In this document: positions 1 to 13,106 of the stretch, piece by piece | How the letters are laid out: every line of letters starts with the position of its first letter | How positions within the stretch are numbered: the first letter of the stretch is position 1 | DNA from: Podarcis pityusensis | Taxonomy: Eukaryota | Direction: 5' to 3' (one strand) | DNA length: 64,000 nt | Assembly (NCBI GenBank): GCA_964106645.2 | Contig: OZ067051.1 | Notes under the pieces: model-generated | What the model saw: the letters and a program-made list of their open reading frames with translations, nothing else | What the model was told of the DNA's origin: nothing | Databases searched by the model: none | Translations under genes and position numbers: made by a program

Positions 1-54
1 GGTGTTCTTTTCTTTTTTTCCCTGCTGCAAAAAATAAAATTTGAAATACTTTTT

Positions 55-133
55 TAAAAGTAAAAGCAGACAAAGAGAAGGCCACAATGCTGATGGTTTG
101 TTTTTGTACTTTATTTGAGAAGAGGGGTCTACA
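55..133 (-). terminator. Candidate distal polyadenylation site
   Basis: Minus strand reads TGTA (130-133), then AATAAA (110-115), CA dinucleotides about 15-21 nt later, then the GU/U-rich element TTGTGGCCTTCTCTTTGTCTGCTTTTACTTTT. Confidence 0.65.
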
Positions 134-1961
134 TAAACTATGTCAGGAGGATACAGCTCTACACACAGGTTTTATCAATCAATAAATGGCGTCGTTAAAC
201 ATAACACTGAGGATATGATACTATGAGAAGACAGAAGACACATGACCGAGAATTATTTACAGCTCAAACATACAATATATTTATACTTGAGAGAGAGATG
301 TGCATTTGTGGATGTACACATAAACACGAGGGTCTAAGGATGTACATTTTTGACCGTGTACAAACACACGTATGTAAAAAAAGGCTTCTTTTAAATGAAA
401 GTCAAGGAATGAGCTTGCCATCTGATGGCAGCAGTTTCCAGGGAGACGTTTTCATTTGGTGGTAGCGGCAGTGACTTTGGGCTTCCGCCCTCCAAGGTCA
501 CGTCACCTACTGCTCATCCCCTCCGTTCTGTACAATGCATTTACTTAGCAGTGGGCTATGTGTGCGGTGGGTAAGGAGCGTGGATGGGATCACAAAGAAG
601 GAGCATGACATGCCGATGGGATAAGTGACCTTTGGTGATTCCATTAAGTCATCCTTTATATTAAACATAAATTATCAATACTTTAAAAAATAATTTTTCT
701 CTATCGTTCCAAGGTTTTTGTGGGGGAAGAGCCAGGGAACAGGGACAAAAGGGAGAAATATAATCCAGCTTTGAAAATATATTTTTTTATGAATTGGAAT
801 ATATGTTGTTTCCCACCCCCACCCCACCCCCCAAAAAGAGTCTTATCTGAGACAAGTTAATAATATAACTGACTTTTCTCCACTCATATTAACAAAGGCC
901 TCTGTCTAAATTGAGCATGAAGAAGCTAGCTACTCTCTTGGCTAGAATCCAGGTACTCATTCAGCCCAGGCAGTTGACTGTTTATGAAATGGTACATTCC
1001 CCACAGTGTGCATGTAACCACTTGGGAAATTGGTCACTGGGATTGTCACGACAACTGGCAAGAAAATTTAGGAACGTGGAAAGTTGACTTACATGAGTCC
1101 GACTATTGGTAAGCGTCATAACTCAGTGGCTAGAACATCTGCTTTACATACAGAAAATCCCAGGTTCAATCTTTGGCATCTCCAGGTAGGACTGGGAATG
1201 TCCCATGTCTGCAACCTTGCAGCATTGCTGACAGTCAATGTTGACAGTGCTGACCTAGATGCACCCATGGTCTGACTTGATGGTTTTTTCATGCTACCAT
1301 TGGTCCACCTAGCTCAGGGATGAGGAGTCTGTAATTCTCCAGATATTGTTGGACTACAGCTCTCACAATCCCTGATTACTGAATCTCCTGAGTGGGGCTG
1401 ATGGAGTTGGGAGTCCAATAATGTCTGGATGGCCACAAGTTCCCCAGACCTGAAGCAAATCATGATTGTTTATCCTAGCCAACAGCAACTCTGCAGGATT
1501 TCAGGCAGGGGTATGTCCCAGCTCTACCTAGTGATGCTAAGGAGTGAACCTAGGACCTTTGGCATGCAAAGCATGCACTCTACCACCTGGTTATAACCAT
1601 CTTACTATTCTTCTTTACTTGATATGAAAACTAGGAAAGGAGCCTGGAAGGGCAAATTTCTCCTTACCCCTTGGTAGGATGATGGGTTTACAAAGTGGTC
1701 ACACATGCACCGTGGTAAGTTAACCAGTTCATAAATAGATGAGGGCAGTCATCCACCCTCAAATAAATAGCAAGCCACAATGAGACAGAAAGAAAGGTGT
1801 GCTAGGGGTGTGGAAGCTAGGGGTAAGCTAGGGGTGTGGAAACTTGTGACCTTGCAGTTGTTGCTGGAGTTAGACTCCAATGTCCAACATTTCTGACCAC
1901 TTGCCATACAGCCTGGGGCTGGTAGGAGTTGTAGTCCAGCAACATCTTTCAGGCCACATGT

Positions 1962-2110
1962 TAGAATCATAGAATCATAGAGTTGGAAGAGACCACAAGG
2001 GCCATCGAGTCCAACCCCCTGCCAAGCAGGAAACACCATCAGAGCACTCCTGACATATGGTTGTCAAGCCTCTGCTTAAAGACCTCCAAAGAAGGAGACT
2101 CTACCACCAC
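1962..2110 (-). mobile_element. CR1 LINE 3' end
   Basis: AGAATCATAGAATCATAGAGTTGGAAGAGACC, the antisense CR1 terminal (ATTCTATG)n repeat. Confidence 0.85.
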
Positions 2111-5100
2111 ATGTTGGCTTCCACCAGCATACAGGAAATCCAGGAAGTCCAGGAAGAGCTACAGCAGATGTGGGTTTGAAAGAAAATCCAAATGAAGGGG
2201 ACTTGCACAGCTTAGTGCAAAATGATATGTGGTGCCCTCCAGATGTTGTTGAACTACAACACCTATCATCTCTGTCCATTGGTCATGCTTGCTGAGGCTG
2301 ATGGAGTTGTGGTTCAGCAATGACTGAAGGACACCACATTGGATATGTCTGATATAGATTAATTCAATGGTCTTTCTGGAATAGACATTTCTTCTTTGAT
2401 TATATACAGATACATGAACTTGTTACAGTTCCAGCCAATTGTTCCCTTTTGGGGGGTGGATGTGCTGCATTCTCCCCAAAGTATCTTGTGCAGCAGGTCT
2501 AGGGGTATAACATAAAGTGCAGTCGGCGAGGTCGCAAAGCCAGGTGCAACAATGGTCTGTGGTCTTTCACAACAAATGGACAGGATGCAAACCAGTCACG
2601 ATGGGAAGTTCTTACTCCTCATTTCATGCAATACAGAGAGTTATGTTCTTTCTTAACATCCCAGTTGAAATCAAGGGGATTTTAAAGTATTGAATGAGGC
2701 CAAATTGCATCCACTGATGCCCCAACCAAGAGGCATGCTACATAAGTAGGAACTCAGACTAGTTGTTGACATTGATGGGCCTATATGCAATGGATGTGTT
2801 TCAGTGGTATCAGTAGGCCTTCAGCACCATCTTTTTCTATACTGGGTGCACCACTGCATTTCTGGATAATTTGATATACTGGAGACATTCTATAGAATGG
2901 TCCAACTATCTGGGCCCATTACCATCTTTATAATATACATCCTATGACTAAAGCAATGGGTATATTTCTCTTCTCTCCTTCTGCCTTTCTCTGTATCCCT
3001 TCACACTGATATGACTGCCTATGAGAAGGGGAAAGGAGGGTTTCCCTTCTCTCCACCCACACAACACCCATTATATATTTATCTGATTGCTATGTATTTG
3101 GACACCTCTTAAGATATCATAACCAAGGTCAATGGCGTTTTTTTGGTCTAACCTCAGATATAACTGGATGCCATTTTGAATCAAGTTGGTGGACTGAATC
3201 TTTCAAAACTGTGCTGATTTAACCAAAGTTTGCATGATGGTTCCTAAGACCAAGGAACATGTTTTCATCTCTGTCTGGACACAGTTGAATATCACTTTGA
3301 ATCAGGATGGCAGACCAAACATTTCAAAATTGCTCTGATTTCAACTACTGATTTCAAAGTTGAACTATTTCTGTTTCTTAGAATTCCTGAGCAACACAGA
3401 GCATAAGGCTGATATTTTTTCTATAGAAGGCAGCTCAACTTTCCATTACATGCTAGTGACCCAGAAGCAGAACATAGGATGGGGCTTTACAAACAGAGAG
3501 GTGGAGTTTTGCAGATAGGAGAAGGCTCAGTCCTCAATGTCTACGTATCATCAGTTCAGGGGTATACTTTAACTCTTAATTCATTGATGCATCCTTCAAT
3601 AGCTCCCTCCCAATAAAAGTTGAACCAAGAAAAGGCTGAACCAAGAATGGCTACCAAATATCCTGCCCCATTAGAGGCTATTTTTGTTCTTTTTAGCCCA
3701 GGGGAGGAGTGTACCCTCCAACTTTTCGCCAATGAAAATAGGCTTGCAACATATATACAAACATAATAAAACATCAAACATTTAAGAACTTCCCTAGAAG
3801 GGAATGCCTTTAGATGGCTCAGGGGTCAATAACTCAACACCCGCCAACATTTCTCCAACGAAAATAGGGATGTACTGTACTAAGAAAAAGTGGGACATTC
3901 TGGGATTAAATCAGAAACTGGGATGGCTTCTGTAAATCCAGGACTGTCCCTGAAAAATAGGGACACTTGGAGGGTCTGGTGCTTTTGTGGCAGCAGCAGC
4001 ATATTCAAAACAACACCATCACTACATGCACACCCAAAAACCCTTTTAGATAGATGATTGCAACAGAAGCCTCCTGGGGTTCATCATCAGAGCACAGTTA
4101 GCCTACATACAAACACACACTGGGTGTCCCCTTTACTTTCTCCAGCATTAATGTGTAGTTGCCATTCACTTCTGCGGGGTAAAGTGAATCTTGCCCTGGC
4201 ACAGTGGATTCTGTGGAGACATACGCAAAGAGGTCCTTTGCACAGAATACATTAGGTGTCCTTGCAATGTCCAAGTCCCCCCTTTGGACACACAAAACCT
4301 ATCACCACAATGGGCATTTTGCTAGTGGTGCATAAAGCTTAATTCCATTTCCAACCATGCAGCTTTCTGGTGTAGCACCCCTACACCCACTCTTTAGCTT
4401 TACTTTGGGCCAGACCTCTGATATACGTGGTCTTTTCCCCCAATCAATGAGGAACTGAAGTGTAGATTGTTTCGTCTCTAGAGCTACTCTTCTACTTTCT
4501 AATATGGTAAAGAAGCAACCCAGAAACCCCAAGCATATTAAATAGATACATATATAGTACTAATGCTTCCCCCCACCCCACCCCACACAGAGTGCAATAA
4601 AATTGGAACATGTTTAATATAGAAATTCAAAGGGGAGGCACAGCTGTCATACCTAAGCATCATTTTCCCCAAATGCCCGGTCATCAACCAGGGAGATGGA
4701 CAGTCCTGCTGGCATGGAAACCTTCTGAGCACAGCAGGGAGAGCAATCAATGCCCAGTAGGAACTAAATCAATGTGTGTAATTTACACTGCTAGAAATCC
4801 TTCAACTTTTTTTTTTTTGCCTCCCCCTTCAGAAATAAGATATGTAAAATAGCACTTATACAAGGCCTGCTCATGCAAGAAATTACGTTCACTTTAACAG
4901 GAATTTTGAAAAGAGGCTTTTCTCCAGGGGAAAACAACATCACACTTTCATGATGTTATGATGTGAGTTTTTCCCCCTTTTTTTAAATGCAAAAGGAATC
5001 ACTCAAAGATGTGTCGGTGCTACCAGGGAACAAAAAACACAATGAGATGATGTTGGAATGGATAGCAGCCCATGAGTGGCCAAGCAACTTCACTTTGTTG

Positions 5101-7717
5101 GAAAATGTAGCAAGCTCTGGAGATGTTTCAAATATGCATCCAGAAATAGGAACACAGGAACCTGCCTGCTGAACCAGACCACTAGTCTAGGGGTGACCAA
5201 CTCTCAAGAGACTGCAATCTCCTTTCAGAATTAAAAACTGGCAGTAATCTATCCCAGTTTTTTTGGGGGGGGGGTTTCAGCTCAAAGTTGTTAAACTTTT
5301 TTAGGGAGGAGAACAGCCCCCTTTTTAGGGGTTTTAAAAAAAACTTTTTGGGGGGGAAATTTCTGTTTTGGAGGGGGTTAAAGGCAAGGGTCAAAGGGGT
5401 AAAGTCACTCACAAAAAGATCGCTATGGATGAAAACAGCAGCACAGAGAAAGCTCCATCTTCCCTTTCAGAGATCAAACAACAATGAAGAGCAGGACGAG
5501 GGGGCGGGGCAGGAATCAATTTTAGCGATGCTAAGGAAAGGGAGCCAGAGATCTACTGAAACCTCGCAGAGATCTACCAGTAGATTGTGATGACCTGTTG
5601 GACATCCCTGCACTAGCCCATTTGCCTCTGTACTGTCAACACTGACTGGCAATGGCTATTCAGGGGACATTCCCAGCCATACCTGGAGATGCTGGGGACT
5701 GAACTGATGGCCTTCTATGTGCAAAATTGATGCACTACCCACTGAGATGCAGCCTCTACCCAAAGGTTTCCCTTATCCCGCAAAGGAGAGGCAGGGCCCA
5801 TGATGAATCACAACATCCAGTCCTTCAAGGGGAGGGTCCACAGCTTTCACATCTTGGGGCTGTCGTTCAACAGATCAACACTGGAGCTCTCATCAAACAT
5901 TCATTCCCATTTGCCTCTTTCCAATAGCCCTTCATCTCTAACAAGTTTTCATGAGTTTCACAGATACTTGGTTCTTAAATGCACATGGCTTTAATGATGT
6001 GATTAGCAACTGCATTGTGGGTTTTTAACCATTAAATACTGAGCACCGAGGCTGAGGTTGTTTTCTGCATGCAGCATGCTGATACAGCAGGTATAACCCC
6101 GGCTGTGACCTTGATAAAAGTTCCCCTCCTTTTGCATGGCAGTCAGGGAAGACTCCTATTGGCACCAGGGAAATGTTCTTAACCACTGCTGATTCCCACA
6201 CTGGGTTGGGGGGGGATTTTTTTTATTTATCAAAATCATAGTGGAGGGGGAAAGAAAGGCTTAAATGTGTCCCTCCCTGCCATTCACAATCGGGGCAGCA
6301 CGCCTGATATTTAATTGTTGTTGTAACCCACAATGTAATTGCTAATCATTTCATTAACACAATGCGTAGTTATTAGGCTTTTGGCCAGCCAGAAGGCTCC
6401 TTCTAATTTCCCAGGCAATTCTTATCATAAATCCCTCTTCCTGCACCCTATACTCCACTGAAAATATAAGACCTCACCCTGCCAAGTCACTTCATTGTTT
6501 ATAGGAAATAATTGTGCTTTTGAAATCACAGCAACGTACAATAGTTCAATATTTAAATAAGCAAAAAGAACAAAAACAAAGGCCCTGATGCCAAGAGCTC
6601 ACAGCTTCGCCATCTCTTGATCACTAGCAAAACCAAAGCAATGCTCAAATGGCAGTTGGAGAGGCGGGTGATTAATCAATGGAACGGCATCCATCCACAC
6701 ACAGAGAGAGACTCTGCTTTCATGTCCCAAAGACCCTTTGCAATTTGGTGGTGGCAGCTTAATTTAATGAACTGATCAATTCTTGGCCTCTTCCTCCTTG
6801 TGGAGCATCTTCTCAGGGCTTGGCAAGTCCATTCTGGAGGGCTTGTGTGGGAATGAGACAGAGAGTCCTCCGTCTCATCCACTCATGAGACTGAGCATCT
6901 GGTGAGTGGATGGTGGGATGATCTTGATACTAAGATGTGCAAAGAGGTTGGAACTTTAGCATCATGTGTGTGAGAGTGCATTATAAAAATAACGAGTAAG
7001 GCCACTGGTCCATCTAACTCCAGATCATGCACTAGATCAATGGACCAGCAGCAACTCTCTGGGGTTCAGGCAGGGTTTTCTCCCAGCCCTACCTTGGGAT
7101 GCTGGGAATTGAACTCAGGACCTTCTGAATGCAAAACAGAAGCTCTATCACCAAGCTACAGCCCTTCTCTGGCTTTACTGGTTATTCAGTCCCAAGTGGT
7201 CAAATTTCAGGAAGACATACTAGGCATGGAGGTTGTTGCATTCTGTTTCCTTGCCTAGTTTCCTTGCCTAGTTCTACAAAGCAGATTCTAGCCATCTTCA
7301 GGTATTATCCATGAGGTGGCGCAGCTGGTACAAAAGTGCCACCTCCCCATAATCCCCATTGCCTTCCAATTCATGGAAGATGAACTTCAGCAGTAGGAAA
7401 CCCTTTTGGATCTGTGGAGTCACCCTCCACATTTTAGAACCCATCGCATTGTCTACACTGACTGGCACTGGCTGCCCATGGTTCCAGACAGTAGACCTTC
7501 CCAGTCCAAGTTGGAGAGTCTTGAGATTGAACCTGGGACCTTCTGGATTTGTGCCACTGAGCTGCCGCCCTTTTCCTTGAGCCAGAAGGCAGCAAGAAGG
7601 GTGTTTTGTGTGCATGCGTGAAAGATAGCTAATCTCTGCTGCCCCTCCCATGTTTTTAATTAAACAGAACGCATGAAAAGTGATGCTGTGGTCACTATTT
7701 ATGTTCAGGTGTAAGCT

Positions 7718-7760
7718 TATCCTATCCTATCCTATCCTATCCTATCCTATCCTATTCTAT
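7718..7760. repeat. (CCTAT)n microsatellite
   Basis: About 8 pentamer units read directly. Confidence 0.95.
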
Positions 7761-10623
7761 TCATTTTTAAAAACCTCAGTTTCTCCCAATAACAGGGTAT
7801 AGCTTCACATTTCCATACCTAAAATGAGAGGAAGGATTAGGGTATCCAGCCTTATGTAAATGCATCCTCTTCATTACTTCCCATGAGGACATGCAAGTAG
7901 CTTGCTTATCCCTCAGGGTGATGGACTCCAGTTCGAGACCGCAGGAGCCGTTTTTGACCACTGAAATAATAATTTCAGCAATGTCAGCCAGTCTTCATCA
8001 TTTTAACTAGCTAGTTCTTGCTTCATTTAACACTGAAACTATATTCCTAGGGATGCAAACACAAGGGAGCCTTGAAAATTGTATCCTACAAGAGGTTTAC
8101 CAGAGTTATAGAGTCTAAAATTGCAGGTTACATGGAAAAATAAAGCAGAGATATGTTTCAGAGGGAAACTCATGCTGGTTTAAAGGCATTCAGCTCACAG
8201 CATTGGGCTTGGGTAAGTCTCAAAACTGAGCCTTGGCAAGTGGTTGTTCCTCGGTTTAAGCTTCTGATATTTAAAGGTGTGGTTGATACCAATCTACCTT
8301 GTAGGAATAGTTGTATTTGGTGCACAAGCTAATGAAGGAAAACCACTTTGTGGATTAAAAGTTTGGAAGAGAGGACTGAGGCAAAGGGAAACACAAGTCC
8401 ACCCTCTCGTCAGCTTCTCTGACCCCTTCCTCACACTCAGCTTTCCCTTGGGGCAGAATAGGAAACATTTTCCAAGCTAAGAGCCACGTTTGATCATGGA
8501 CAACTTCCTATGGGCAGAGGGTAAAAGTGGGCAGAGCACTGGATGTGATCCTATTGACTGCATTCCAGCCACATGAAACTCAAAGGGCTCTACACATCCA
8601 TACAACTTTCCAGGCAAGCAAGGGGCATTGTCACAGTTCAAGCACACATTCCAGACAGAGAGAAGCACTTAAGGAGGACATAGGGCAGGGTTGATGAAGG
8701 TGTCCCCTGGAGACAGGGGTGTGTGTTGGCAAGTGAGAGTCCCAAGGGTCAGATAGAGAGGACCCTGGGACCTTTGCTTGCTTAATCACATCTCTGCCCC
8801 ATACATACATAAATAAATAGGAGGTATGAAGATCTCATTTTAATTTCATAATAGGATGGACACTTAACTATCCCATACCACCACATGACACCTTAATTTA
8901 CCCCCTCCAACCTAGTCCCAATACTGAAAGTGAGCACAATTAAGAACCAAGAGTCTGGGGCAATAGATTGAAGAATGTTAAAGCTAGGGAGAGGGCTTAA
9001 CACTGCTTCCCAGGGCATTTCCCATTTTTCATGGGTGGAGGGCAGACATGTGATTGGTGGCATATCTAATTTGGCCCTGAGCAGTCCACTATGTGAGAGC
9101 CTCAGTGCAACAAATTGGTCTGCAGTATCTTTAGCAATTGTTTTGCACCAGGGCTATCCAACCTGGTGCCTTCCACCTTCCATCAGCCCTACCCACCACG
9201 GTGAGTGGTTAGAGTTTATGGCAGTTGTATTCCAGCAGCATCTGGACAGCACCACGTTGCCTGCCTCTGATTTACATGCTTTCTCCTTGACTAGCTTGCA
9301 TTGAAAACTAGCTTGCTGCTGTCTCAGGCTTTTGTGAAAGTCTTTCATTGCTATTCCTTGAACTATGTAAATTTCAGTATCTATTTACCAGTCACCCTGG
9401 TGGAGCTGGGTCCCACCAGGGTCCTAATACCCAACAGTTCCCATCCTTGTTTTTCCCTCCACAAAAACAATATATAAAGTTACCACCAGAACAATAACAA
9501 CTATATTTATGCATGGTTTGAATTTTGTTTCCCATGAATCTTCTTTTTAGAGAGGCATGCAGTCAAAAGCTATAGAAATTGTTTTAGTACTGATTAGTCA
9601 GGAAATGCAAGCATATCTGTTTTAAATGCAAGCATCACTGTATTAAAACTTTCTAGCCAATTGTCCCTAGCATCCAGCTTTCAGTGTGAAATAATGAATA
9701 AGTAAGTCACTCCCAAAATATATGGAACACCCTGTTGAACTGGACCATTTGGATGATTTGGACTTTCTTGCTTTCAATTTTTGTGTGCAGAACAGATCTA
9801 GTGCACATAACCCTGGTTTTCAAAAGCAAGCAAAGGTTAAATAAGAGTGAAACAGTGTCACACAATGAACCACCTAAAGAAATCATACACATCTGGGCAG
9901 GCAACCACCAGTGCTTACAACAATTAAGAGCCTTTGGAAAGGAAATATGGAATGTGATTGTAGTTTCATTTAATCAAGCAGGGGACCACTGTCCGTGGTG
10001 CTGAACATGCCAGCACCCAATTAAATGGTCTCAGGAACATGCTGCCTTTGAAACCTGAGCTCAGAACAAACCTGTCTGACAGAGCGAAGGCTCAGCCATT
10101 ACCCACAGATGGTGCATGACAGCCTGCCTCTGATAATGTTTACTTCAATGGCCATTTTTAAGCAGAGCTGTCTGGAATTGATGTTTCCAGTGCTGGAGTC
10201 TTCCCAGCGATGAATACAGAATCACCCTGCAGCTGTGCTTGCCATGTTGCAAAAATCTAGGTGAAGGCAGGTCATTGAAACAATCTGGTTGCTTGGCTTC
10301 CCATGAACACCCTCCCCCCCTTAGTGGCCTTAGGCAGGCACTTGTTGGAGATGCAAGGACTCTGCAAGTTTTAGAAGCAGCAGCACTTTTAGTCGACTGT
10401 TTCCCCACCTCACTCACAGAGACATGGCCAGCTTGCTCCCACGGAAAATGTTGCTAAGCAACATGGACTTTGTGGAAGATCTAGCTTCAAGTCAACTGTC
10501 TGTAAAATGGTAACAAGCCACCATGTGTGGTTCTTGCAAAGGAATATCAGGAGGCTGTGAAGCATATTTTGAAAGGTGCCCCAGAACTTCTATCCTATAT
10601 AACAAGGACTGTTATATGGTACT

Positions 10624-11358
10624 GTTGTCTTTGTCCGTGGAGTTTTCTTGGCAGGGATACTGGAGTGGCTTGCCGGTTCCTGCTCCAGATGGATCACGTT
10701 TGATCAAAACTCTCCACTATGACCTGTCCATCTTGGGTGGCCCTGCACGGCATAGCTCATAGCTTCTCTGAGTTATTCAAGCCCCTTCGCCACGGCAAGG
10801 CAGTGATCCATGAAGGGAAATTAAAAGACGAAATTAAAAGACGCCTGCTCCTTGGGAGAAAGGCGATGGCAAACCTAGACCGCATCTTAAAAAGCAGAGA
10901 TATCACCTTGCCAACAAAGGTCCGTATAGTTAAAGCCATGGTTTTCCCAGTAGTGATGTATGGAAGTGAGAGCTGGACCATAAAGAAGGCTGATCACTGA
11001 AGAATTGATGCTTTTGAATTATGGTGCTGGAGGAGACTCTTGAGAGTCCCATGGACTGCAAGAAGATCAAACCTATCCATTCTTAAGGAAATCAGCCCTG
11101 AGTGCTCACTGGAAGGACAGATCGTGAAGCTGAGGCTCCAATACTTTGGCCACCTCATGAGAAGAGAAGACTCCCTGGAAAAGACCCTGATGTTGGGAAA
11201 GATGGAGGGCACAAGAAGAAGGGGATGACAGAGGACGAGATGGTTGGACAGTGTTCTCGAAGCTACAAACATGAGTCTGACCAAACTGCGGGAGGCAGTG
11301 GAAGACAGGAGTGTCTGGTGTGCTCTGGTCCATGAAGAGTCAGACACGACTAAATGAC

Positions 11359-11394
<36 letters not shown>
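10624..11394 (+). mobile_element. RTE-BovB LINE insertion: inverted 5' end plus 3' end, with TSD
   Basis: 10817-11394 encodes the BovB RT C-terminus (EIKRRLLLGRKAM...RLQYFGHLMRREDSLEKTLMLGK) and ends in an (AAC)n tail. 10624-10817 resembles the RTE 5' terminus in antisense. ATATGGTACT flanks both ends (10614-10623, 11395-11404). Confidence 0.92.
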
Positions 11395-11396
<2 letters not shown>

Positions 11397-12799
11397 ATGG
11401 TACTATATTATATAGCAACATGTCCAGATGTTGTTGGACTTTAAATCCCATCCATCCCAGGCAGCATACGGGTGGTGGAAATTGTAGTCCTACAACAGCT
11501 GGGGCAGGGGTACCATGTTGTTATATATTAATAACAAGCCCGTTCTCTCAGTGTGGATCCTTATGTAGATAAAGTAACGTCAGTGACACAGAACAGGGAG
11601 GTATCAGCTAAGGTTTGCAGAAGTACAAAACAATTGAAGGAGGGACATATGGGACACATTCAAAATATCACATTGAGGGCTGAGCATGTTCAGTGACTAA
11701 GGAATGCTGGTCGTCTGTTGGAGGAGAACTGGAAAACTGAAGTATGCTAGAAGGGGGGTGGCCAGCTGGATGGAACCCTGAACAGAAACACTACAAAAGG
11801 CAATCAGTTTTCCTGTTTTGGCTAAGATGCACTGATATGTGTGTGCTCTTTTGATTTGCATGGTATGGATGTCTATAATGTCTTGCAATTGTGATTTTGT
11901 AAACTGGTTTGGTGGGACATCAGCTTGCATGTGCAAAAATGGGTAAGGAAGAAGACTTCACTGATCCCCCGTACATATCACTTCAGTTTTAAGAAACCCT
12001 TTTTGAAATTAGAGCAACACTTGCAAGTCTAAAAGGTTTATGTAGTAGTTCTGTCCATTAGCACTAATTGACCTTTAACGTGTGAAAGTGCCAGTTTGGG
12101 CTCCTATAATGGGCTTTTTGCTCATTCATTGTCCATAACCAAGGGAGGCTCGCTGTGCTAATTAGGCACATCTTTCACACGGCATGGCTTGAGCATGACA
12201 TTCGTTCTTTACTTGGGCACTATGGGAGGCTTTGCATATTATGCATGGATGCTTTAGAAATGCTCACTGTATGCTCAGAATGTCTTGAGAGAGGAAGGGA
12301 AAGTATAAAGTACAGCATGTGCATATCATTTATTTAGACGTTGAAATGCCCTTCAGATAAAGACATCAAGGAAACCGAGCAACCACAAAGTGAGAGATAA
12401 CATCATAGCATGGAACAAAAAGAGACATAGGAAGATGGAAAGGATACAGAAGGAAGTGTGAGACTGTTCTTGGCAAGCAATGAAGCAAGGTGACCCTATG
12501 CATAAATACCTGAACTAGCATTAGTCAATATACCGTAATTTAAAATGACAAAGGAGGAAGAGTGACTGAGACGGCAACTGTGGTGGAGGAGGAGAGTGGT
12601 TTTGGTTGGAAGAAATGTGCAAGGCAGAAGAAAATCAGTTTACAGCCAACTGAAATGTGTGGTATCAGAAGAAGCAATAAAATGAAAGCTGGAAGGGGAA
12701 GCATAAAAGCTGAAAACACAGCTAAAGAGGACAAGCTGGGAAACTCTTGGAGATACACACACACCAGAATGAGAGCAACATGAAAGACTTGGGCTGCAT

Positions 12800-13020
12800 C
12801 TGGGTTAGTGTGATATAATAGTTAGAGGGTCAGACTAGGACCCAGGAGAGACCAGAGTTCAAACCCCCACTCAACCATGAAGCTCACAGGGTGACCTGTT
12901 TCTCAGTTCAAACCTCCTTCACAGGGATGTTGTGGTGGTTAAATTAGGAGTGGGAGACACTTGAGCTCCTTGGAGAAAAAGGTGGGATACAAATGCAATA
13001 AATATATGAATAAATATATC
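12800..13020 (+). mobile_element. MIR/CORE-like SINE
   Basis: B box GAGTTCAAACCCC, core-like centre and tail GAGCTCCTTGGAG...GGGATACAAATGCAATAAAT. A related copy lies at about 15040-15240. Confidence 0.6.
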
Positions 13021-13032
13021 CAAGTCTAGAGA

Positions 13033-13106
13033 GAAGAAGAAGAAGAAGAAGAAGGAGAAGAAGAAGAAGAAGAAGAAGAAGAAGAAGAAGAAGAAGAAGA
13101 AGAAGA
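13033..13106. repeat. (GAA)n microsatellite
   Basis: About 24 units with one interruption. Confidence 0.97.

Noticed and set aside
11354-11572. Poly-Q ORF
   Set aside because: It is the translation of the BovB (AAC)n tail.
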